A stretch of DNA of 64,000 bases from Kiritimatiellia bacterium. Its GTDB lineage: Bacteria; Verrucomicrobiota; Kiritimatiellia; UBA8416; YA12-FULL-48-11. Numbering within the stretch: position 1 is the first letter of the stretch; the number at the start of each line of letters is the position of its first letter. The position numbers were made by a program, and so were the translations under genes. Where the stretch lies: NCBI GenBank assembly GCA_028716365.1, contig JAQUPZ010000001.1:473205-537204 (forward strand). The letters run 5' to 3'. The notes under the pieces are model-generated. The model was not told the DNA's origin and ran no database searches. It was given only the letters and a program-made list of their open reading frames with translations. Positions 27,748 to 34,752 of the stretch are shown piece after piece.

Positions 27748-28224
27748 ATGAATGTTCAGCATCTTGTATTGCCTTTGGTCATATGCTTGTTGGTCTACTT
27801 GATTTTAATCGGCGGTACGAATTGGCTTTCACGACCTATACGACGAATGCTTATTCTTTTATACGTTTTTCTACACATTGCGAGCTGGGGACTAATGCAT
27901 TCCATTGTGTTCATCCAATTTAGGAACGAAATACGCTCACTACACAACGATGCTTTGTCTAATATAAAACGAGGTGTAATAGAAGACGAACCACCGTGTT
28001 TACCAGTGCATAATTCTGACCAAAAGTATACTAACGAATGGATACAGGTGAATCCAATTCCTCGGTACAACGTCTTAAGCATCGCTCCCATTCCGTTTAT
28101 TCTTATTGCGAATGAGAGCTTCCAGTTAGGTATTGATTGGAAAATGGAAGAGACAGCGACGTATGTATTTACGGGTATTTCAGTCGAACAAGTGATGGCA
28201 GAATGGGACTGGAAGTGTTTTTAG
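27748..28224 (+). CDS. Hypothetical membrane protein
   Basis: Two N-terminal hydrophobic helices; bounded by modules. Confidence 0.6.
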   Translation: MNVQHLVLPLVICLLVYLILIGGTNWLSRPIRRMLILLYVFLHIASWGLMHSIVFIQFRNEIRSLHNDALSNIKRGVIEDEPPCLPVHNSDQKYTNEWIQVNPIPRYNVLSIAPIPFILIANESFQLGIDWKMEETATYVFTGISVEQVMAEWDWKCF

Positions 28225-28324
28225 TCTTTGCCGTTATTGTAACAGGAAGCAAATCACCCTCCTCCTTAAACATCCCCCCTCGTCGGCGTATTATTTCTAA
28301 ACGGGCATTCTTAAAAGGGCATAC

Positions 28325-28368
28325 TTGAGTTTCTAATTATGGCGGAGTAGAATGAGGAAAGTGGGAGG
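28325..28368 (+). promoter_or_regulatory. Module B copy: promoter plus SD
   Basis: TTGAGT-N17-TAGAAT, AGTGGGAGG, ATG at 28372. Confidence 0.7.
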
Positions 28369-28371
28369 CGT

Positions 28372-29244
28372 ATGAAAACCAATTTAACCATGAAACAAAT
28401 AACTTCCTTGCGATGGCTTGTCTTGTTCCTCATAATCACCTGCACCTGTTACTTGAGGGCAGATCAGGGCACAAATGGGATAACCAAAATATCCTTACCC
28501 GATGCTTCTGTATATGAAGGCGAGATGAAGGACGGCTTGTTCAATGGCAAGGGCGTTTTGACCAATGCAAGCGGCTACAGATACGAAGGTGAGTTCAAGA
28601 ATGGTCAATACGATGGCAAAGGCATTCTCATCTATTCTAATGGTGGCAAATACGATGGCGATTTCAAAGACGGGGCACGAACAGGAAAAGGTGTTCTTAT
28701 ATTTCGTAGCGGTGAAAGATACGAAGGCGATTTCAAAAACGGGGAATTCGATGGTAAAGGTGTCTTCTTTTTTATCAGAGGGGATGCATGTAAATATGAC
28801 GGGGAATATAAGAAGGGGCAACGGGATGGCAAAGGCATTCTTACTTTACGAGATGGTGCAAAGTATGAGGGAGAGTTTGTTGATGGCGTGAAAAATGGCA
28901 TTGGAACTTATATTTATGCTAACGGGGTTAAATATGAGGGAGAGTTTAAGAATGGCAAAAGTGAGGGGAAAGGCGTTATTTCTTATGCTAATGGGGATAA
29001 GTATGAAGGAGATGTTAAGAACGGCAGTCCTGATGGCTTCGGCGTTTCTACTTACCGAAATGGGCATCAAAGAAAAGGAGAATATCGTGCAGGTCAATAT
29101 GTCGGGAATAAATTATTTTTAAAACATATTGCATTAATATTTACTATAGGATTTCCCATCAGTTTAATTTTTAACATTGTTCTGATATTGAAGTTACGGC
29201 GAAAGACTCCCGAAAAGCAGAAGGATGAACAGACCACAAAATAA
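28372..29244 (+). CDS. MORN-repeat protein with signal peptide and C-terminal membrane anchor
   Basis: Eight YEGExKxGxxxGKG repeats plus a partial ninth. Confidence 0.9.
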   Translation: MKTNLTMKQITSLRWLVLFLIITCTCYLRADQGTNGITKISLPDASVYEGEMKDGLFNGKGVLTNASGYRYEGEFKNGQYDGKGILIYSNGGKYDGDFKDGARTGKGVLIFRSGERYEGDFKNGEFDGKGVFFFIRGDACKYDGEYKKGQRDGKGILTLRDGAKYEGEFVDGVKNGIGTYIYANGVKYEGEFKNGKSEGKGVISYANGDKYEGDVKNGSPDGFGVSTYRNGHQRKGEYRAGQYVGNKLFLKHIALIFTIGFPISLIFNIVLILKLRRKTPEKQKDEQTTK

Positions 29245-29317
29245 TATAGCCCCCCCTCAACGCCGATTCAAAGTGGTCGGTAAGTGGGGGAATGTTCGAA
29301 TTTAGAAAGGAAGGATC

Positions 29318-29890
29318 ATGAAATATTCTATGATGATATGTCTTGTGAGCATGGCGGTATTGACATTTATTGTACTTGCTGATTCTGAGGATTCTGCCGA
29401 TGTTCATGGGGCAATTGGAATCCAGAGAGGAACGCTTGTTGCCGAAGTCAGTGCTCTACAATCTCTCCGTAAAGGAAATACTTCTGAGGCTATTGAAACG
29501 CTAGAACGACACTCTTACGTCACGGCAGTCATCTTACTTGAAAACCCTGTGTGGAAAACAGATTTAGCAGTTCAAATGTTCGCTGTGGAATTAAAACATT
29601 ATCGGAAACAACATGCACAACCGGAATCGAAATGGACAGTTACAGAAAAACGTCTTGAAGAATTACTCAAGGAACTGAAGGAAGGCAATCGCACAATTAT
29701 TCCAACGGGAGCTGTTATCGTTAAACAAGATTCCAAATGTTTATATTACAAGAAACAGTGTCGTTCATGTAGTTTTTTGTCAGAGCAACAGATTGGAACA
29801 ACGCTTCCCAAGGGCATGGCAACAATCAGTTCAGACTTTACATGTCCAAAATGCGGGAAGAAACAAGACGTTAGAATAGACATCAAATAA
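29318..29890 (+). CDS. Secreted hypothetical protein with C-terminal Zn-ribbon
   Basis: Signal peptide; CRSC...CPKC. Confidence 0.65.
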   Translation: MKYSMMICLVSMAVLTFIVLADSEDSADVHGAIGIQRGTLVAEVSALQSLRKGNTSEAIETLERHSYVTAVILLENPVWKTDLAVQMFAVELKHYRKQHAQPESKWTVTEKRLEELLKELKEGNRTIIPTGAVIVKQDSKCLYYKKQCRSCSFLSEQQIGTTLPKGMATISSDFTCPKCGKKQDVRIDIK

Positions 29891-29896
29891 CATTAA

Positions 29897-30601
29897 ATGA
29901 ACTCCCCTAACCAAAATTTAAAATGGCATTCGGTAAGGTGGATAAAGCGGATTGCCTGCATTGTAATTATCGGCGTTCTACTTGCGATAGCTATTCCTTT
30001 CTATATTCAGGAAAGAAACCATGGGGCTGAAAATGCATGGCTTAAAAATCGCAAGATCATTAATGCAGGAAAAACACAAGCAGAACTGGCACAAATGATG
30101 GGCTATCCTACAAACAATCTCTCTACGGATGAGGACATAATTAGAATGAATCGTATTTATGAACTTTTACCTAAAAGATCTTGGGATGACGCTCTTGTAT
30201 GTGCGAACCAAATAAGCAATGCCAGCAACAGGACGTTGCTTGTGTCTGTCGTAAATAACATGAGAGAAGCAGATAGTCATCGATCAATACAAGAGAGGCG
30301 TGATCACGATGAGCTTCAAAGAATAAGGAAGAACGCTGGAGAAATCGAAACTTCCATATACCAATCTGTAGCAAAATTTTACCAAAAGAATAAGTTTTTA
30401 CCCATGTCAACGGATGAGCTTGCAAAATATTTCCCAAACAAGGCTCTTGTAAATGAGATGACAAACTGTGTTATCTCCGTATCGTCAAATATGTTCAGTA
30501 TTACTTACAAGGTTCGTGGGGATAAAATGAATAGAAAAGAACACGTCCGTCTTAAGGCGGAAATGCGTGACGGGGGGGTGCATGTCACAGGAATCCATTG
30601 A
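29897..30601 (+). CDS. Pilin-like protein whose N-terminus is encoded by repeat module C
   Basis: MNSPNQNLKWHSVRW (module C) then IVIIGVLLAIAIPFY. Confidence 0.65.
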   Translation: MNSPNQNLKWHSVRWIKRIACIVIIGVLLAIAIPFYIQERNHGAENAWLKNRKIINAGKTQAELAQMMGYPTNNLSTDEDIIRMNRIYELLPKRSWDDALVCANQISNASNRTLLVSVVNNMREADSHRSIQERRDHDELQRIRKNAGEIETSIYQSVAKFYQKNKFLPMSTDELAKYFPNKALVNEMTNCVISVSSNMFSITYKVRGDKMNRKEHVRLKAEMRDGGVHVTGIH

Positions 30602-30704
30602 TAAAGCTAACGTCCCTCTCATTGGGCAAGTAGCATTTCTAATTGGTGGGTTTAGATGTTCTTCCATTCTTTCCCTGCATTTCAATTTCTGTTAATCTCT
30701 TTAC

Positions 30705-31385
30705 ATGGATTCAAGTCCTAATGCTCAATATAAATTGCCCCTGTGGTATTATCCGGGCTTTGTTCTCCCATTTGCACTGATTTTGTTAGTGCTCTTAGGA
30801 ATGGTTTTCACTTTACCTCCAAACGTCATAGACCCTCGCAAATACCCAGCTTTTATGGATGGCGGAGAGGACTGGGGCGGTTCAAACATCTTCTTTTACT
30901 CTAGGGTTGTGATGTTGCTTATGGGCTTTCTTGGTTTCCTGTCCCTTGGTTACTTGAAGCCTGCCCCTGATTGGGAAAAGATACCGTCTAAAACAAGGTT
31001 GGTATTGTTCCAATTTAAGTCACACCTATTATGCTTCTTTTTTTATTTTATATTAGTTCTTTTAGACCGTGATTCGATGGGTTTCGTCAATTGGCTGGAA
31101 ATGTTTTGTTGGTATATTTCCAGTGCCTATTTCGGAGTTCTACTTTTAAGTAAGGGGGCTTCACGAGGTATTTATCAGTTGTCGGGAATAGTCAGTTTTA
31201 TTTTACTTGTATTTGGTTTTTACTGCGGTTTCTGGCTAACGGGAGCAGAGTTTCAGGCTGATGCAATCCCATTTTGGAAGTTACTTATAAGATTATTTAT
31301 TCAGATGGCAGTTTACATAGTAGGAATGAGCATTTGGTCTTCGGCTATAACAAGAACGCAACAATCACTCTCCACAGTTAACTAA
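30705..31385 (+). CDS. Hypothetical multi-pass membrane protein
   Basis: About six hydrophobic segments. Confidence 0.65.
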   Translation: MDSSPNAQYKLPLWYYPGFVLPFALILLVLLGMVFTLPPNVIDPRKYPAFMDGGEDWGGSNIFFYSRVVMLLMGFLGFLSLGYLKPAPDWEKIPSKTRLVLFQFKSHLLCFFFYFILVLLDRDSMGFVNWLEMFCWYISSAYFGVLLLSKGASRGIYQLSGIVSFILLVFGFYCGFWLTGAEFQADAIPFWKLLIRLFIQMAVYIVGMSIWSSAITRTQQSLSTVN

Positions 31386-31429
31386 TTGGCGTATTAGTAT
31401 TTCTCATTGGGCAATTTCTAACGGCATAC

Positions 31430-31458
31430 TTGAGTTTCGGAAGAGGGCGGGGTAGAGT
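31430..31458 (+). promoter_or_regulatory. Module B promoter
   Basis: TTGAGT-N17-TAGAGT. Confidence 0.55.
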
Positions 31459-31507
31459 CAGGAGAAATGGGGGGATTGTGCGAATATTTAAATGCTCATT
31501 GCTGGTA

Positions 31508-31897
31508 ATGAAAACGAATCTGTCAATTGTTGTTATGATTGTTTTATGTGCATGTTTGTTTTCTTGCGGTAAACCAGTTCTTAAAAAGCACTATGTAAAA
31601 TCTGCTCAGAATCCCTTTGATTTAATGATGGATCGCTTGTCGTTTGAAGAGTTTGAGCAAGAGATTATCAAACATCCAGAGTTAATAAATCACAAAGACC
31701 CTTCTCCTAATATTCCAGAGAGTTCAAGGGGTAGCATTCTGTCTGGTGCTGCTATTCTTATGAAAACAAACCATGTAAAAATGTTGATTTCCCATGGTGC
31801 TGATGTTGATGAGGCTATTGACTGGAACTCTAAATATGGTTCAACAAATGCGATAGAACTGTTGATAAAGATCAGCAGAGAAATAAAAAAACAGTAA
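31508..31897 (+). CDS. Lipoprotein with ankyrin-like repeat
   Basis: Lipobox LFSC; VKMLISHGADVD. Confidence 0.7.
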   Translation: MKTNLSIVVMIVLCACLFSCGKPVLKKHYVKSAQNPFDLMMDRLSFEEFEQEIIKHPELINHKDPSPNIPESSRGSILSGAAILMKTNHVKMLISHGADVDEAIDWNSKYGSTNAIELLIKISREIKKQ

Positions 31898-32004
31898 ACA
31901 GCATTCTAATCGACATCTTAACGTCCCTCTCATTGGGCAAGTAGCATTTCTCCCCCGCATTCTAAAATCAATACACTGGTGAATACCGATGATAAAACGG
32001 GACT

Positions 32005-32284
32005 GGTTACAATGTGAACATGCCCATTCTTTTCCAGTTTTCCTGACAATCTTACCAAATCTTTTTAGTAACCTACCCCAAAATGGTAACTCAGGATGGC
32101 GAATCTGATACTTACACCAATGTACGTAATATGTCGGTTATTGGTCTAAGGTGACATTTCTTGTGTTTCCATGCGATAATTCCACAGTAATTATAAAAGA
32201 AATGCCACACCACGAGTGACGGAATTCGACTAGTTCCGTTACTTTATAGGGGCGAAAGGAAATGCGCTTTCGCCCCTTCTTTTT
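32005..32284. repeat. Diverged copy of the tRNA-Arg downstream region plus a structured motif (homologous to 33665-33948)
   Basis: Shares terminator remnant, ATGGTAACT, GTCTARGGTGACATTTCTTGTG and GGGGCGAAAG/CTTTCGCCCC hairpin with 33665-33948; a third partial copy is at 32581-32623. Confidence 0.85.
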
Positions 32285-32285
32285 A

Positions 32286-32424
32286 TCCGTCTTCGCAGAA
32301 GACCCCGGAATTGGAGTCCGCGGGATGAATGCGGATTTTGCTACGCCGGATTCCACAAAGAAACTGCGGGCTTCCAGCCTTCGCCAAGAAGAGGCTATGG
32401 CCTGGCATACACGTTAGCCCGCAG
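32286..32424. repeat. Cluster of nested REP-like palindromes
   Basis: TCCGTCTTCGC...GCTACGCCGGA split by a 43-bp insert; CCAGCCTTCGCCAAGAAGAGGCTATGGCCTGG inside CTGCGGG...CCCGCAG. Confidence 0.6.
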
Positions 32425-32700
32425 AGCTTCATTTAAAATATAATTAATTCCCTGTTTCTCCCCCGCATTCTAAAATAAATTAGCAGGGCATTTACACTAC
32501 CATATCAGCTGGACTCGTTTGCGGGGGCAGGTCACATACAAGGGCAAAATTACTACTTATTCTCACCTAAGTAATATATCGGTTGTTTGTCTAGGGTGAC
32601 ATTTCTTGTGCTTCCATGTGATAGTCCTGGTGCTGACGAATTGGACCTGTGAACAGGAAATTAATCACTGGCAAGTATCCGAACGGTTAAGGGGCGCATA

Positions 32701-33042
32701 ATGAATTCAAGATTTAAAGCAGCTATCAGGCGGTCATTCTCTTATCTATTTGAGAAGTATGGTTTCAATTTTGTTCCTGTTGTAAATGATTTTGACGGGA
32801 ATGTCGTTATTGCTGAATCTGATAGTTTGCGATTTCGTTTTATTCACGACAGAAACTATGTTTTCCTGGATATCAATAACACATTAGGCTCAAATCAGTG
32901 GGTGGGATTCTATAAAATCCTAGACCCATTGAAAAAAAGCGGGCAAATTGAATGTAACTATAAATACTCAAACAAAATAAAAGTGATTAGTAAATTGCTG
33001 TCTCAGTGTTTGCCTGCGATACAAAAAATCAGTATTCAATAA
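32701..33042 (+). CDS. Hypothetical protein (immunity-protein-like size and composition)
   Basis: 113-aa ORF; no recognised motif. Confidence 0.55.
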   Translation: MNSRFKAAIRRSFSYLFEKYGFNFVPVVNDFDGNVVIAESDSLRFRFIHDRNYVFLDINNTLGSNQWVGFYKILDPLKKSGQIECNYKYSNKIKVISKLLSQCLPAIQKISIQ

Positions 33043-33169
33043 GGTTAACGAAGAGTGTTACATTTACCCGGTCTTAAACTTCCTTCATCTTCTGCTTCTT
33101 TAATTTTCCTCAGCTTGTTTCCTTTGTTCTCGACGGCATTCTGATTTTCCTTTTTAATAACAGGCATAT

Positions 33170-33559
33170 ATGAAAATACTGATTGCCGATGATGAAACAA
33201 AAATCAGGTCAATGTTCAAGATGATACTTTCCTCTGAGTTTCCAGATAGCGTTATAGATTTTGCTGTTAATGGGGCAGAGGCGGTAGATTATTTCCAGAA
33301 AGGTAATTATGATATTTTGTTGCTTGATCTCAGTATGCCCGTAAAAAGCGGTTGTCAGGCTTTTTTAGAGATTCAAGAAATATGCAGGAAAGAAAATCTA
33401 AAAACGCCATATGTAATATTTTGTACCGGACTTCCAATACCGGAAGAACTTGAAGAAATAGCTGCTGATACCTCCCGTTGTGCCATACTTCAAAAACCAG
33501 TAACGTATGAGGATCTAATTGGAACGTTTCAAGCACTGATAAAGCCGAATAATTCCTGA
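33170..33559 (+). CDS. Single-domain response regulator (CheY-like)
   Basis: ILIADDE, LLLDLSMP, FCTG, QKP. Confidence 0.92.
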   Translation: MKILIADDETKIRSMFKMILSSEFPDSVIDFAVNGAEAVDYFQKGNYDILLLDLSMPVKSGCQAFLEIQEICRKENLKTPYVIFCTGLPIPEELEEIAADTSRCAILQKPVTYEDLIGTFQALIKPNNS

Positions 33560-33602
33560 GCTGAACAAACTAAATAATATTGGATTATTGTCGGTTAATC
33601 GC

Positions 33603-33645
33603 CCTCCGGAGCTGAAGGTTATGAGTTCGCGCCTCATCAAGCGCA
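33603..33645 (+). repeat. att-like copy of the tRNA-Arg 3' half
   Basis: CCTCCGGAGCTGAAGGTTATGAGTTCGCGCCTCATCAAGCGCA, 41/43 to 15667-15709; similarity continues through the terminator to 33752. Confidence 0.9.
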
Positions 33646-34076
33646 TACTTGCCAAAAATGAGCAGGTTGCAATATAAACCTGCCCATTTTTTTCAGTTTT
33701 CCTAACAATCCTCACAACTTTTGCCAGTAACCCTCCCGGAAATGGTAACTTAGGAGGATGAATTTACTACTTAAACTAAGCTACGTAGTATATAGGTTAT
33801 TTGTCTAGGGTGACATTTCTTGTGCTTCCATGTGATAATTCCCGCCAGATATAAATTTGTAAAAATAGTCCTCCCAGTAGTGGCGAATTCGACCAGTTCG
33901 CCATTTGCTATAGGGGCGAAAGTGGACGCACTTTCGCCCCTTCTTTTTATTAGCCTTCTCCACTCCCAGTAAAACCTGTTCTAGTTGCCCCATTTGAATC
34001 AACTTGAGGACTAAAAGAATCCGGTCTTGTTTATGATAAGGGCGCTTGATAGCTTTCCTCTTATTAACAGGTATAT

Positions 34077-34451
34077 ATGAAAATACTGATTGCCGATGAT
34101 GAAACAATGATAGGATCGTTGTTTAAAATGATTCTTAGCGCTGAATATTCTGCCAGCAGTATCGATGTGGTTGTAAACGGAGCAGAGGCGGTAGATGCTT
34201 TTCGGGCTGGGAATTATGATATCCTGTTACTGGATCTTCATATGCCGGTAAAAGATGGTTATCAGGCTTGCCTGGAAATTCAGGAGATATGCAGGCAGGA
34301 AAAGCGGGAAATGCCGTTTGTTATATTCTGTACGGGATTCGGAATAGCAAAAAAGATTCAAGAAATAACCGCTGATAAAACTCATTTTGCCCTGTTACAT
34401 AAACCAGTGACTTGCGACAAAATCATCAACACATTCAAGGCCATAAAGTAG
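34077..34451 (+). CDS. Single-domain response regulator (paralog of 33170)
   Basis: MKILIADDET identical start, LLLDLHMP, FCTG, HKP. Confidence 0.92.
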   Translation: MKILIADDETMIGSLFKMILSAEYSASSIDVVVNGAEAVDAFRAGNYDILLLDLHMPVKDGYQACLEIQEICRQEKREMPFVIFCTGFGIAKKIQEITADKTHFALLHKPVTCDKIINTFKAIK

Positions 34452-34474
34452 GCGGTTAGGGCATCAGATTACTA

Positions 34475-34752
34475 GAACCTATCTCAAAATTGTTTTGGCC
34501 ATGACACAGCGAGTTCTGCCCTGACCGCCAGGCGGCGGCGAAGGGTCAATACCCTCAGCGGTCTTGGCCCCTCACCGATAACGCCGCGGCAGAGCAGAAG
34601 ACGCTGTGCCCAAGATGGTTGCATGGATTTTACGCCGGAGCTTTGTTGCGCGTGCAAGGGAAAGACCTTTGCGGGTATTCCACCTGCACGCGCGCCTTGC
34701 CCGGCACAAAAATCCATGCAATCATGGTTCAAACCAATTTTGAGATAGGTTC
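34475..34752. mobile_element. 278-bp MITE-like element
   Basis: Perfect 18-bp TIR GAACCTATCTCAAAATTG (34475-34492)/CAATTTTGAGATAGGTTC (34735-34752), TA on both sides; internal inverted repeat TGCATGGATTTT/AAAATCCATGCA; GC-rich interior, no transposase. Confidence 0.85.

Larger units (their letters stand above)
19975..32494. repeat. Family of shuffled intergenic modules (A, B, C, D) separating short ORFs
   Basis: A: AACGTCCCTCTCATTGGGCAAGTAGCATTTCT at 30609 and 31920, 1 mismatch at 25980, partial at 19975/25176/27687/31402. B: GGCA(TA)CTTGAGTTT at ~20063/25296/27093/28318/31423. C: ATGAACxCCCCTxAxCAAAATTTAxAATGGCATTxGGTAAGGTGG at 21063/24645/29897. D: TTTCTCCCCCGCATTCTrAAATmAATTAGCAGGGCATTTA at 25941/32455, partial at 31947/25208. 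Confidence 0.9.
15713..33645. mobile_element. ~18-kb genomic island at the tRNA-Arg(CCG) 3' end, no integrase seen
   Basis: 43-bp direct repeat 15667-15709 vs 33603-33645 (41/43 identical) starting in the anticodon loop; visibly AT-richer DNA; accessory ORFs. Confidence 0.75.

Noticed and set aside
32216-32284. tmRNA or tRNA gene
   Set aside because: GAATTCGAC and GGGGCGAAAG occur in the wrong order for a tmRNA 5' end, and there is no acceptor stem or CCA.
32138-32356. Minus-strand ORF, and the similar 33805-34107 ORF, as recombinase remnants
   Set aside because: The KKGRK...FRP text is just the translation of a terminator hairpin. No catalytic motifs of serine or tyrosine recombinases were found.
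19975-32494. Canonical integron or CALIN
   Set aside because: No IntI ORF. I could not find paired R''/R' and L''/L' boxes forming 55-140 bp palindromes after the ORFs, and many ORFs have their own promoters. Kept only as an analogy.
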